DNA of 64,000 nucleotides. It comes from Candidatus Latescibacterota bacterium. GTDB lineage: Bacteria; Krumholzibacteriota; Krumholzibacteriia; WVZY01; JAKEHA01. Positions 33,104 to 46,045 of this stretch are shown here, piece after piece. Below the pieces are notes generated by a model. The model saw nothing but the letters and a program-made list of their open reading frames with translations, had not been told where the DNA came from and searched no databases. Positions within the stretch are counted from its first letter, which is position 1, and every line of letters begins with the position of its first letter. Position numbers and translations under genes: made by a program. Location: contig OY970173.1 in assembly GCA_963707635.1 (NCBI GenBank), forward strand, positions 1,248,001-1,312,000, written 5' to 3'.

Positions 33104-33522
33104 CCCGCGCGACAGCGACCACGAAGATGATATCGGCGATCGTCGTCACCCACGGCAGGCTCGCGGAGGAGTTCATCGCGACGGCGCGCAAGATCTATGG
33201 TGTCTTTCCCGGCGTGTACGCGGTCTCCAACGACGACAAGTCCCCGCAGGCGCTCGCGGCCGAGCTGGAGGCGGTGATCGAGGCCGGTGGCCCCGACGAC
33301 TGCTACGTCGTCTTCGTGGATTTCCTGGGCGGGAGCTGCGGGCACGCGACGCTGTCGGTCGAACGCCGCCACCGCAATGTGCGGGTCATCTCCGGGGTCA
33401 ACCTTCCCATGCTGCTCGCCTTCCTCAACAAGCGCACCGAGGTGAGCTTCGAACGGCTTCCGTCGGAACTGGCCTCGCGCGGGCGCGACAGCATCCAAGC
33501 GGTCGATTCCGACCAGCTCTAG
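33100..33522 (+). CDS. PTS mannose/fructose family IIA component
   Basis: IVVTHG, DFLGGS, ISGVNLPML. Confidence 0.9.
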   Translation: MTRATATTKMISAIVVTHGRLAEEFIATARKIYGVFPGVYAVSNDDKSPQALAAELEAVIEAGGPDDCYVVFVDFLGGSCGHATLSVERRHRNVRVISGVNLPMLLAFLNKRTEVSFERLPSELASRGRDSIQAVDSDQL

Positions 33523-33529
33523 CCATGGC

Positions 33530-34015
33530 GTGCCGGCCATGCCCGTGAAGTTCGCTCGGATCGACGATCGACTCATCCACGGCCAGGTCGTGCTCGGCTG
33601 GGTCCCGGTGGTGAGGCCCGACCGCATCGTGGTGGCCAACGACCGCGTCGCCGGCAGCGACTGGGAGCGCCGGTTCTACGCGTCGTGCGTTCCTCCCGAG
33701 GTGCGGGTCTCCTTCTTCACCGTGGAAGACACCGCCCGCCAGCTCCACAGCAATCTGTTCGGGGACGAGGACCTGTTCCTGCTGTTCGAATCGGCGCGGG
33801 ACGTCCAGGCCCTGGTGAAGGCGGGGGTGGAGTTGAAGGAAGTCAACGTCGGCGGGCTGCATTACCGGGACGACTCCCTGGAGCTTCTGCCCTTCGTCTT
33901 TCTGACCGACGACGAGCGCGCCAGCCTGCGCGAGCTGGTGAAGCTCGGGGTCACGCTGGCCGCCCAGGACGTGCCCTCGAACCCCGCGCGGGTCATCAAC
34001 TCGCTGGTGGTATGA
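33530..34015 (+). CDS. PTS mannose/sorbose family IIB component
   Basis: RIDDRLIHGQV, VNVGGL. Confidence 0.93.
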   Translation: MPAMPVKFARIDDRLIHGQVVLGWVPVVRPDRIVVANDRVAGSDWERRFYASCVPPEVRVSFFTVEDTARQLHSNLFGDEDLFLLFESARDVQALVKAGVELKEVNVGGLHYRDDSLELLPFVFLTDDERASLRELVKLGVTLAAQDVPSNPARVINSLVV

Positions 34016-34701
34016 ACGTGTCGGAAGTCGTCTCCCTCGCCCTGATCGCCGGCCTGCTCGCGGTGGACGACCGCGCCGGGTGGCAGGGCCTCTTCGCCGA
34101 ACCGGTGTTCTCGTCGCTCCTGGTGGGAATGGTGACCGGGGCCGTCGGCCCCGCGCTCCACGTCGGGGTCGTGCTCCAGCTGGTCTGGCTCTCGATCGGA
34201 CAGGCCCGCGGCACGCGGCGACCCAACGTCGTCGTCGGCGGGCTGGTGGGGGCCGGCTCCGCGTGCCTGGCGCTCAATCGCACCGGGGACCCCAGCGACT
34301 CGTTCATCGTGGCGACGGCGGTCTTCTGGGGGCTCCTCGCCGGCGAGGCGGGGGCATTCATCGCCCGCGCGGCCGGCGGGTGGCGCGAACGCCGCCTCGG
34401 CGAGTTCAGGCTTCCCGGCGACGCCGAGACCGCCTCGCGCGACCTGACGCTCGCCGTCTTCGGGTCGGCGCTGTTCGTGTTCGCGGTCGACGCGCTCTCG
34501 GTGCTGGTGATGCTGCCCACGGCGGCCGTCGCCACGGTCGCGTTCACGGGCAGGGCCGCCAGCGCGGCGGCGGGGGCCGCGTGGTGGCTGACCAGCCTGC
34601 CCGCGATCGCCCTCCTGATCATGGCCCAGGCGTTCTACCAGACCCGTTCCGTTGCCCGTTTCGCCACGCTCGGCCTCTTGATCGCGCTGGTGGCGCTGTG
34701 A
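34012..34701 (+). CDS. PTS mannose family IIC component (divergent)
   Basis: Hydrophobic; D...Q....P....L.G...G.....G..LQL.W pattern; ATGA coupling to IIB. Confidence 0.75.
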   Translation: MNVSEVVSLALIAGLLAVDDRAGWQGLFAEPVFSSLLVGMVTGAVGPALHVGVVLQLVWLSIGQARGTRRPNVVVGGLVGAGSACLALNRTGDPSDSFIVATAVFWGLLAGEAGAFIARAAGGWRERRLGEFRLPGDAETASRDLTLAVFGSALFVFAVDALSVLVMLPTAAVATVAFTGRAASAAAGAAWWLTSLPAIALLIMAQAFYQTRSVARFATLGLLIALVAL

Positions 34702-35429
34702 GTAGCCGGCTGACGCGGCGCGATCTGGCCCGGGTCTTCACCCGGCTCCTGTTCCTGCAGGCGACCGTCCATCGCCGGGGCATGCAGAACATCGGGCTCA
34801 TGCACGCGCTCGACGCGGCCGCCCCGCGGTTGTCCAGAAACGGGACGTCGCTCCTGTCGCGCCACGCGGAGTACTTCAACACCAATCCGCACATGGCGCC
34901 GCTGGTGGTGGGGGGTGTGCTTCGCATCGAGGAAGAGGCCGAGTCGACCGGTCCCGCGTCGGTCTCGAGGTTCAAGCAGGCGGCCGCCAGCGCGCTGGCC
35001 GCCGCCGGAGACGTGTTCTTCTCGGGCGCGCTCAAGCCGCTTGCGTTGACTTTGGCCTGCTTGTCTGCTATATACAGCTTTTTCCCGGGGTTAGTCGGGA
35101 TACTCGTTCTCTACAACGCGGCCGTGTTCTACTGTCGGTACCGCGGCATCACCCTCGGGTACGCGCGGGGTTGGGGATTGGTGGAAGCGTTCTCGCGGCC
35201 GAGTGTGCAGCGGCTCCTCGGTATTGCGCGCGGGGTGGCCGCGTTTGCCGGCGGTCTGCTCGCCGGTGCGATCCTCTCACGGGCACGGACGGACGGAATT
35301 GCGACGGTGGCGATCCTGCTGGGAGTGACCGGGCTCGCCTGGCTCGCCTCGCGCCGCGGCATCACGGCGCCTCGCGTCGCGGTGATTCTGTTTCCGGTGT
35401 CGTGGATCGTCGCGATGGTGTTGAAGTAG
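34698..35429 (+). CDS. PTS mannose family IID component (divergent)
   Basis: LFLQA....GMQNIG, RH.EYFNTNPH, LAAAGD.FF; GTGA coupling to IIC. Confidence 0.82.
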   Translation: MSSRLTRRDLARVFTRLLFLQATVHRRGMQNIGLMHALDAAAPRLSRNGTSLLSRHAEYFNTNPHMAPLVVGGVLRIEEEAESTGPASVSRFKQAAASALAAAGDVFFSGALKPLALTLACLSAIYSFFPGLVGILVLYNAAVFYCRYRGITLGYARGWGLVEAFSRPSVQRLLGIARGVAAFAGGLLAGAILSRARTDGIATVAILLGVTGLAWLASRRGITAPRVAVILFPVSWIVAMVLK

Positions 35430-35446
35430 GAACCGCTCGGAACGCA

Positions 35447-35719
35447 ATGCCTATGGTCGAATTCACCAGACAGGTCGGCAACAAGATCGGCCTCCACCTG
35501 CGAGCCGCGGGCGAGTTCGTCAAGATCGCGGCGCAGTTCTCGAGCGACATTCGCGTGTACAACGGGGACCGGTACGCGAACGGAAAGAGCATTCTCGGGC
35601 TCGCCAGCCTCGCGGCCGCCCGCGGCGCCCACCTGCGCATCGAGGTCGAGGGGGCGGACGAGGCCGCGGCGCAGAAGGCTCTCGAGGCCCTTTTCGACGC
35701 CAATTTTTACGAAGAGTAG
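35447..35719 (+). CDS. ptsH: phosphocarrier protein HPr
   Basis: NKIGLHLRAA (His15), NGKSILG (Ser46), EGADE. Confidence 0.95.
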   Translation: MPMVEFTRQVGNKIGLHLRAAGEFVKIAAQFSSDIRVYNGDRYANGKSILGLASLAAARGAHLRIEVEGADEAAAQKALEALFDANFYEE

Positions 35720-35789
35720 CGCGCCGGTCCGACCGGCCGCGTTCGGGTCGGCCGGGGTTCCATCCCGCTGCGCTCGACCCGCCAGGAAC

Positions 35790-37631
35790 ATGTCACGCAG
35801 CAAGACCAATAAACTCAACGGCCCCCCGAAGGGCGCGCGCGACGTGCACGTTTCCGCCGCACCGAAGCCGGAGGTGGAGAAGCACGGCATTTCGGCGTCG
35901 CCCGGCATCGTGATCGGGACCGCGTTCGTTCGCGACGCGGAACGCTTCTCGGTGCCTCGTTCCACCGTCGAGCCCGCGCGCGTCGAAGGCGAAGTGACAC
36001 GCTTCGTGGCGGCGCTCGCCGAGACCGGCAGGGAGCTCCGCGCATTCAAGGCCGACATCGCGCGGCGCATGGGGGACAACCACGCCCGTATCTTCGACGC
36101 CCACCTGCTCATCCTCGACGACAGCATGCTGGTCGACGAGACCTCGGCGGTGATTCGCACCGAGCGGCTGAACGCGGCGGCGGCGTTCGAGAAGGTGATC
36201 AACCGTTTCATCGCGTCCATCGCCGGCATCGAAGACGAGTACCTGAAGGAACGCACGATGGACGTGCAGGACGTGAAGAAGCGCGTGATCCGCAACCTCC
36301 TCGGGCACGACAACCGGGCGGCGACGCGGCCGACCGAGCCGAGCGTGATCGTGGCGCGCGAGCTCTCGCCGAGCGACACCGCCCAGCTTGATCGCCGCAC
36401 CGTGCTCGCGTACGTCACCGACCGCGGGGGCCGGACGTCACACACCGCGATCCTCGCGCGCTCGCAGGGCGTGCCGGCGGTGCTCGGCGTCGAGACCCTC
36501 TTCGAGCGGGTGGAGGCCGGAGATACGCTGGTCGTCGACGGCAACACCGGCACGGTCATCGTCAACCCGACGCCGGCCACGCTGGAGATCTACCGCCAGG
36601 AAATCGTGCGCTTCCACGAGCTCGAGGAGCAGCTGCTCACCCTCACCGGCTACCCCGCGCAGACGCTCGACGGGCGCGAGTTCATGCTGTGCGCGAATCT
36701 CGATTCGTCTGACGAGGTCGGGTCCGCGCTCGACCACGGCGCCCAGGGCGTGGGGCTGTTCCGAACCGAATACTTCTTCATCTCGCAGGAATACCTGCCG
36801 AGCGAGGAAGAGCAGTACAAGGTGTACCGCCAGCTGGCCGAAAAGATGGCGGGCGCGCCGGTCGTGATTCGCACCCTCGACGTGGGCGGCGACAAGATCG
36901 CGAGTTACCTGCACCGTTCGCCGGAGCTCAACCCCTTCATGGGGTGGCGCGGCATCCGTTTCTGCCTCACGCGCAAGGACATCTTCAAGACCCAGCTGCG
37001 CGCGATCTACCGCGCCAGCGCCCACGGCAACGTGAAGATCATGCTGCCGATGATCTCGCAGATCGAGGAAGTGCTGCGCACCCGGGAGATCTGCGCGGAA
37101 GTGCAGGAGGAGCTGCGGCGCGACCGCTACAAGTTCGCCGACAACGTGGAGCTGGGCATCATGGTCGAAACGCCGTCCGCGGTGGCGCTGGCGGACCAGC
37201 TGGCGAAGGAGGTGGCGTTCTTCTCGATCGGCACCAACGACCTGATCCAGTACACGATGGCGGTCGATCGCGGGAACAGCAAGATCGCCTACCTGTACCA
37301 GCACCTGCACCCGAGCATTCTGCGCCTGCTGCGGCTCACGGTGGAAGCGGCTCGGCGCCGCAAGGTGCACGTTAGCATCTGCGGAGAGATGGCGTGCGAC
37401 CCGCTGGCGGTGCCGATCCTGATCGGGCTCGGCCTCGACGAGTTCAGCGTGAGCCCGAACATGATTCCCGAGGTGAAGCGCATCATCCGCGCGGTGACGT
37501 ACGACGAGTGCCGGGCGCTGCTTCGGCGCGCGAGCCGTTTTCGCACCACCGCCGAGATCGAAGCCGAGGTCGAGGCGTTCCTGCGTTCGCACGTGCCCTC
37601 GGCGCTCGCGGCGGGGAAGCTGGGCACATGA
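35790..37631 (+). CDS. ptsI: PTS enzyme I (PEP-protein phosphotransferase)
   Basis: GGRTSHTAIL, GVGLFRTE, RTLDVGGDK, MVETPSA, SIGTNDLIQY, ICGEMA. Confidence 0.97.
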   Translation: MSRSKTNKLNGPPKGARDVHVSAAPKPEVEKHGISASPGIVIGTAFVRDAERFSVPRSTVEPARVEGEVTRFVAALAETGRELRAFKADIARRMGDNHARIFDAHLLILDDSMLVDETSAVIRTERLNAAAAFEKVINRFIASIAGIEDEYLKERTMDVQDVKKRVIRNLLGHDNRAATRPTEPSVIVARELSPSDTAQLDRRTVLAYVTDRGGRTSHTAILARSQGVPAVLGVETLFERVEAGDTLVVDGNTGTVIVNPTPATLEIYRQEIVRFHELEEQLLTLTGYPAQTLDGREFMLCANLDSSDEVGSALDHGAQGVGLFRTEYFFISQEYLPSEEEQYKVYRQLAEKMAGAPVVIRTLDVGGDKIASYLHRSPELNPFMGWRGIRFCLTRKDIFKTQLRAIYRASAHGNVKIMLPMISQIEEVLRTREICAEVQEELRRDRYKFADNVELGIMVETPSAVALADQLAKEVAFFSIGTNDLIQYTMAVDRGNSKIAYLYQHLHPSILRLLRLTVEAARRRKVHVSICGEMACDPLAVPILIGLGLDEFSVSPNMIPEVKRIIRAVTYDECRALLRRASRFRTTAEIEAEVEAFLRSHVPSALAAGKLGT

Positions 37632-38686
37632 CCCCCTCCATGACGGAGCTGCGGGGCCGGCTCGACGCTGCCGACATGCTCGGCCGGGTGCTGGGCTTTC
37701 CCGCCCAGATGGAGGCGGCGTGGAAGGTCGGCGCGGAGTTCGCGCGCCGGCTGGATGGACTGCGCGGTCGCCGCTTCGACCGCGTGGTGGTATGCGGCAT
37801 GGGTGGGTCGGCAATCGGCGGCGACCTCGCGCGCTCCTTTCTGGGCGCGCGTGCCTCGGTGCCCATCATGAGCTGCCGGGACTACGCGCTCCCCGCGAAT
37901 CTCGCTCGCGGCGCGCTCGTGATTGCCTCGAGCTACTCGGGCAACACCGGCGAGACGCTTTCGACGTACGACGCGGCGCGCGGCGTGGCCGGCGCGATCG
38001 TCGCCGTGACCAGCGGCGGCGAGATGGCGGCGCGCGCGGCGCGGGACTCGGTGCCGTGCTGCACGATTCCGGGCGGCATGCCGCCGCGTTCGGCAATCGG
38101 GTTCTCTCTCCTGCCGATGCTGCAGATTTTGCGCGCGGCCGGAATCGCGGAGTTCGACGACCACGAGTACGAGGAGGCGCGTGCCGTCGCGCGCGAGCGC
38201 TGCGAGGCCTACGGTCCCGGCTGCGCGGACAACGGCGCGATCGAACTGGCGCGCGACCTGCACGGGCGCACCGCGTTCGTGTACGCCGCGCCCGCGCTGC
38301 TCGAAGGCGTCGCGCGCCGCTGGGCCTGCCAGTTCAACGAGAACGCGAAGACGCTCGCGCACTTCGCGTTTTTCCCGGAGCTCAATCACAATGAGATCGT
38401 CGGGTGGGAAGTGGGCGACCATATAATGAAGCAGGCGGTGGTGGTTTCGATCGAGGACCGCGACGATCACCCCATGACTCGGCGCCACGCGGAAATCGGC
38501 TTGAGCCTGATGGCGCCGTTCGCAGGCAAGATCGAACGCCTGGAAACGCCCGGCGGGGGAAGGCTCGCGCGCATGCTGGCGATGATGTTGCTCGGCGATT
38601 TCGCCAGCGTCTACCTCGCCTACCTCAACGGCGTCGACCCGACGCCGGTGGAGAAGATCAACGCGCTGAAGAAGGCGATGGCTTGA
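37628..38686 (+). CDS. bifunctional phosphoglucose/phosphomannose isomerase
   Basis: CGMGGSAIGGD, SSYSGNT.ET, PPRSA, QFNENAK, FPELNHNE, DPTPV..I..LK. Confidence 0.92.
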   Translation: MTPSMTELRGRLDAADMLGRVLGFPAQMEAAWKVGAEFARRLDGLRGRRFDRVVVCGMGGSAIGGDLARSFLGARASVPIMSCRDYALPANLARGALVIASSYSGNTGETLSTYDAARGVAGAIVAVTSGGEMAARAARDSVPCCTIPGGMPPRSAIGFSLLPMLQILRAAGIAEFDDHEYEEARAVARERCEAYGPGCADNGAIELARDLHGRTAFVYAAPALLEGVARRWACQFNENAKTLAHFAFFPELNHNEIVGWEVGDHIMKQAVVVSIEDRDDHPMTRRHAEIGLSLMAPFAGKIERLETPGGGRLARMLAMMLLGDFASVYLAYLNGVDPTPVEKINALKKAMA

Positions 38687-38690
38687 AGAG

Positions 38691-38787
38691 GGGAGACGAT
38701 ATGTCGGGTTCCGCGCTCATGCGCTCGCGCGCACAAATTGGTACGCGCGACTCGCGAAATCGCACTTCACCCGACATATCGTCTCCC
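38691..38787 (+). repeat. intergenic hairpin repeat, family I copy A (module 1 only)
   Basis: Perfect 18-bp inverted ends GGGAGACGATATGTCGGG / CCCGACATATCGTCTCCC; interior near-identical to 55025-55086 and 60255-60317. Confidence 0.92.
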
Positions 38788-38813
38788 GCGACGCGAATGA
38801 GACAGGAGCAGCA

Positions 38814-39794
38814 GTGAAAGCAATCATCCCGGCAGCAGGTGTGGGCACGCGGCTTCGGCCGCACACGCACACGCTCCCGAAGGCGCTTCTGTACGTGGCG
38901 GGCAAGCCGATCATCGCCCACATCCTGGACGACGTCGTGCCGCTGAAGCCGTCGACCATCGTCCTCATCGTCGGCTACAAGGGCGAGTTGATCGAGCAGT
39001 GGGTTCGCAAGCAGTACCCGAAGCTGCCGGTCGAGTTCGTCTACCAGGCGGAGCGGCGCGGGATCGGCCACGCGGTGGATCTCACGCGCTCGGTGGCCGA
39101 CACCGGGGAGCCGCTGCTGATCGTGCTCGGCGACACCATCATCAAGACCGACCTCAACGCGGTCGTCAGCGGACCCACCAACGTGCTGGGCGTCAAGGAG
39201 GTCGGGGACCCGCGCCGGTTCGGGGTGTGCGAGGTGTCGGGCGGGCGCATCACCCGGCTGGTCGAAAAGCCGGAGACCCCACCCTCGAATCTGGCTCTGG
39301 TCGGCCTGTATTTCCTCCGCCAGGGGACCGGCCTCTTCCAGGCCGTCCGGGAGATCATCGAGCGCAACATCACCACCAACAACGAGTACCAGATCACGGA
39401 CGCCCTCCAGCTCATGATCGAGCGCGGGGTGGAGTTCGCACCCTTCGTGATCGACGAGTGGTTCGACTGCGGAAAGCCCGAAGCCATGCTTGAAACCAAT
39501 CGCAAATTGTTGAAGAATGCGCCCAGCGCACGCCCCATCGAGGGGTCGATCATCATCCCGCCGGTCTCGATCTCGCCGGGCGCGGAGATCGTGAACTCCA
39601 TCATCGGGCCGTATGTGTCGATCGCCGAGCGCGCGGTGGTGCACTCCTCCGTCATTCGGGACTCAGTTCTCGCGGAGGGGGCGACGGTCACGGACGCGTT
39701 GCTCGAGTCGAGCCTGATCGGGACCAACGCCGTCATTCGCGGCGGGTTCAAGAAGTTCGACGTGGGCGATTCGAGCGAGATCAGTTTTAAGTAG
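38814..39794 (+). CDS. sugar-phosphate nucleotidyltransferase (long-form glucose-1-P thymidylyltransferase-like)
   Basis: KAIIPAAGVGTRLRPHT...PK.L, VEKP, EYQITD, W.DCG, C-terminal hexapeptide-like repeats. Confidence 0.88.
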   Translation: MKAIIPAAGVGTRLRPHTHTLPKALLYVAGKPIIAHILDDVVPLKPSTIVLIVGYKGELIEQWVRKQYPKLPVEFVYQAERRGIGHAVDLTRSVADTGEPLLIVLGDTIIKTDLNAVVSGPTNVLGVKEVGDPRRFGVCEVSGGRITRLVEKPETPPSNLALVGLYFLRQGTGLFQAVREIIERNITTNNEYQITDALQLMIERGVEFAPFVIDEWFDCGKPEAMLETNRKLLKNAPSARPIEGSIIIPPVSISPGAEIVNSIIGPYVSIAERAVVHSSVIRDSVLAEGATVTDALLESSLIGTNAVIRGGFKKFDVGDSSEISFK

Positions 39795-39880
39795 CGGCTC
39801 CCGGATAGGGCTGAACGACGCGCGCCTCGTCGGCCCTGCGCCCGCCAGCCGCGGGTGGCGGGTCGAGCTCCGATAAGCCC

Positions 39881-39951
39881 GAGCGGGTGGCGCCGAGAAG
39901 GGGCCCCCGCGAGGCGAAGCCCGCGGGGTGACGAGGCGACAGGACCCGCGA
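39881..39951 (+). repeat. intergenic repeat, family II copy 1 (metK leader)
   Basis: Ends GAGCGGGTGGCGCCGA (16 nt) and GGCGACAGGACCCGCGA (17 nt) are identical to the ends of the minus-strand element at 43164-43258. Confidence 0.75.
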
Positions 39952-39972
39952 GTGGTTTGTTAAGGAGGCATC

Positions 39973-43110
<3,138 letters not shown>

Positions 43111-43163
43111 GGGCGACAAGGATACACGGGCTCGCCGTCTCGGGTCCACAGCTTGCTCTGACT

Positions 43164-43258
43164 TCGCGGGTCCTGTCGCCGACAGCCCGGGACGGCTCGT
43201 TTCGTCCGCGACGGCGCGCTAGACTCGCTCCCCGCCCGCCCGTCGGCGCCACCCGCTC
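43164..43258 (-). repeat. intergenic repeat, family II copy 2
   Basis: Same 16- and 17-nt ends as 39881-39951, in the same order, with a different interior; starts at the GWxTD stop codon. Confidence 0.75.
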
Positions 43259-44951
43259 AGTCCTGGTCCGGTTTTTCGCTGGGCTCGACGATCCGGAACG
43301 TCGCCTGGCGCAACTCGATCGACTGCCAGTATTCGTCCTTGATCCTCACCATGAAGTCGTAGAGACCGGGCTTCAAGTTCGCGCTCTGAATGGTCAAATG
43401 GAGCGGTTGGTTCGCGCTGTAGCCCGAACCGCGGAAGCTCGACGCGAACACGGTGGGCTCGTCGCGAAAGCGGTCGAGCGCCCCGCGCTTCTCCGGCGAG
43501 TGCGGCACCACGCGGTATTCCACCTCGTAGTTCGTGACCCCGCCCTGGTCGAGCCCGAGGTTGTAGACCTCGAAATACAACGACACCGGCGAGCCGACCG
43601 CGTAGCGCCGGATCGGGTGCGGGACGACTTCCAGCGCGCCGCGCGCGAACGGCGACGTCGTTTCTAGCGTCGCGATCTTCTGGGCGAAGAGCACGTCGCT
43701 GATCGCGAGGTCTTTGTCGAAGTTCCGCGTCGAGAGCGTGGTCTTGTAGGCGGAGGACAGCTTCTGGTCGCGATCCGCCACGCTCACCGCCACGCGATAG
43801 TAGCTGCGCGGGAGTGAAAACACGATCTGGGCGGGGACGAGCCGCGCCGCGCTTGAGGCGGGCAGTGGGAGCTTCAACTCGCGCGTCTGCTGGTCCACCA
43901 CCCGGTAGCCTTCGTCGAACACGGTCACGTCGGCGACGTAGGTGCGCTCCGCCGCCTCGCCCTCGGCGGGCTTGACGAAAAACTCGAGATTCACCTCCGC
44001 GCGAATCACGCCCTCGCCGCCTCGAAACTGTTCGACCCCGAAATAGAACGGGAACGCCGTCTTCGCGAAGTTGAACGGGTAGGACGACGGGGTGTCCTCG
44101 AGGACGCCCTCGAAATTCGACGCGAGCTCCTTCACCTGATCCTTGTCGAACACGACCGCGGGGTTGCCGGGGAGCGACCGCGCCCAGTCGGGGTCGACGA
44201 TCTCGTCCATGCCTTCGGTGGTTCCCCCGAGGCGGGGCCGCAGGAAGCGCTGCGGCTCGACCCCGATCAGCGCCTCGCGCACAGCTCCCCACTCCACGCC
44301 GGTCTCGTTGACCTCGGCGTCGCGGTAGAAATCGAGGTACTGGGGCGGGATCTGCTCCTGGATGGACTCCCGGGTATCGTAGACGAGGAACTCCGCCAGC
44401 TCGGGGCTGACGTCCTGCGCGTCGCCGAGGGGAGTGACGGCGTAGATGTAGTTGCCGTGCAGCGACTCGTCGCGGAACTGGACCATCATCTGGTGGCGCC
44501 GGTAATACCACAGCTCGCCCGGCGCGTGGACCTTGCGCGCGGTCACTTCGGCTTCGATCTTTCCCCGGTAGTCGGGGAATCCGTAACGAATGAGCACCTC
44601 TCCCCGCGTGTCCCAGCCGGGCCACTCGGCGCGCGCGAAGTCCGCGCGCGCGATGTCGGCGCGAAGGTAGTGTTCAAGCTTCATCTCGTTCTTCGGCGTG
44701 GTCGGCGTCGGGTCCTGCGCGGCCCAGAAGCGCTTGATCCATTGTGTGCGCGCGTCGTCGTCCGCCAGGCGAAAGAACTGACGGAGCTGGTAGGGATTCA
44801 TGACGTACTGGAGCGAGGCGACCTGGCGCTGCATGCGCGGCTCGAGACGGGCGAGATCGGCGGCGGTGACGTGGTACTCCGGGTCCGCGCTCGCGGGCCA
44901 CGCGCCGACGCACGCGGCGAGGAGTAAACACGGGAGTGCCAGGCGTCGCAT
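43257..44951 (-). CDS. GWxTD domain-containing secreted protein
   Basis: FWAAQDPTPTTP.NE...EH..R...A, GWDTRGEVLIRYG.PD, E.W.Y; signal peptide from MRRLALP. Confidence 0.85.
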   Translation of the reverse strand: MRRLALPCLLLAACVGAWPASADPEYHVTAADLARLEPRMQRQVASLQYVMNPYQLRQFFRLADDDARTQWIKRFWAAQDPTPTTPKNEMKLEHYLRADIARADFARAEWPGWDTRGEVLIRYGFPDYRGKIEAEVTARKVHAPGELWYYRRHQMMVQFRDESLHGNYIYAVTPLGDAQDVSPELAEFLVYDTRESIQEQIPPQYLDFYRDAEVNETGVEWGAVREALIGVEPQRFLRPRLGGTTEGMDEIVDPDWARSLPGNPAVVFDKDQVKELASNFEGVLEDTPSSYPFNFAKTAFPFYFGVEQFRGGEGVIRAEVNLEFFVKPAEGEAAERTYVADVTVFDEGYRVVDQQTRELKLPLPASSAARLVPAQIVFSLPRSYYRVAVSVADRDQKLSSAYKTTLSTRNFDKDLAISDVLFAQKIATLETTSPFARGALEVVPHPIRRYAVGSPVSLYFEVYNLGLDQGGVTNYEVEYRVVPHSPEKRGALDRFRDEPTVFASSFRGSGYSANQPLHLTIQSANLKPGLYDFMVRIKDEYWQSIELRQATFRIVEPSEKPDQD

Positions 44952-44962
44952 CGCGGTCCAAC

Positions 44963-46045
44963 TCACCGGCTGGCGCGCTTCAGCAGCACCACGCCGACGA
45001 TCAGGAAGACGATGTTGCCGAGCTGGGCGGCGAAAAATGGAGGGAGCACGCCGTTGTGCCCCAGGGTCTGCCCCACCCGCAGCACCGCGTAGTAGAGAAA
45101 ACTCACGACCAACGTGAGACCGAACCCGGTGGCGATGGAGGGCTTGCGCTTGCCCGACGCAAGCGCCACGCCGATCAGAGAGAAGATCGAACCCGCGAGC
45201 GGAAAGCTGAATTTGAAGTGCATGTCGACGACGTACTTCTGCGCGTCCCCGCCGCTGCGTTCCACCCGGTGGATGTAGCGGCGCAGCTGCGCGATGTTCA
45301 TGTTCTCCTCGTCGATCTCTTCTTCCTCGAAGTCCTCCGGCCGCTCGCGCATCTCGCGGATGGTGAGCGTGTCGAAGGCCTCCACGCGCTCGCGGCCCTC
45401 GGCGAAATTCCTGACGTACCCGGCGGAAAACAGCCAGTGCGTGCCCTGCCACCTCGCCTTGCGCGCGTCGATGCGCCGGACCAGCGTGTTTCCGTCGAAC
45501 TGCTGCACCACCACGTCGTAGAGCGTGCGGTCTTCGTGGTTGTAGGTGCTGGCCAGGTAGACGAAGCCCGACGCGCCGAGGTAGCGGAAGTCCGTCTTGA
45601 CGTCGGGGTCCGCACGCACGCGTCCCTCGATGTCGTGGCGCATGATGTCGCTCTTCTTTCGATTCGCGTGCGCGACGATGGTGTCGTTGAAGTATACCGA
45701 GAATCCCGCGATGATCAGCGATACGGCGAAGATGGGGCGCGCGATCCGCGCCAGACTCACCCCGCACGCGAGCAGCGCGGTCAGCTCGTTGCGCCGCGCC
45801 AGGATGCCCATGGAGAACACGGTGCCGAGCAGGAGCGACACCGGCACCACGTACGTCAGGACAAAGGGGAGCGAGTAGAAGTAGTAGCGGGCAATGTTGA
45901 CGACCCTGGCGTTGTGATCGATGAAGTTGTCGATCTCCTCGAATACGTTCACCGTGACGTAGATCACGACGAAGGTCAGCACGCTGTATGCGAAGACCCG
46001 GAGAAAGCGCGTGAGCAGGTATCTATCGTGAATTCGCGGGCGCAT
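44963..46045 (-). CDS. lptG: LPS export permease LptG (YjgP/YjgQ family)
   Basis: DRYL, NELTAL.ACGVS..RI..P, KFSFPLA, LPPFFAA..GN. Confidence 0.88.
   Translation of the reverse strand: MRPRIHDRYLLTRFLRVFAYSVLTFVVIYVTVNVFEEIDNFIDHNARVVNIARYYFYSLPFVLTYVVPVSLLLGTVFSMGILARRNELTALLACGVSLARIARPIFAVSLIIAGFSVYFNDTIVAHANRKKSDIMRHDIEGRVRADPDVKTDFRYLGASGFVYLASTYNHEDRTLYDVVVQQFDGNTLVRRIDARKARWQGTHWLFSAGYVRNFAEGRERVEAFDTLTIREMRERPEDFEEEEIDEENMNIAQLRRYIHRVERSGGDAQKYVVDMHFKFSFPLAGSIFSLIGVALASGKRKPSIATGFGLTLVVSFLYYAVLRVGQTLGHNGVLPPFFAAQLGNIVFLIVGVVLLKRASR

Noticed and set aside
35772..35784. 13-nt inverted match between the ptsH-ptsI spacer and the metK leader (39856-39868)
   Set aside because: Too short and GC-rich to distinguish from chance.
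43185..43235. Hammerhead-like GAGUCU...GGACGAAAC...GUC on the minus strand
   Set aside because: The essential CUGANGA core is missing (reads GGAGCGA) and stem III would be only 3 bp.
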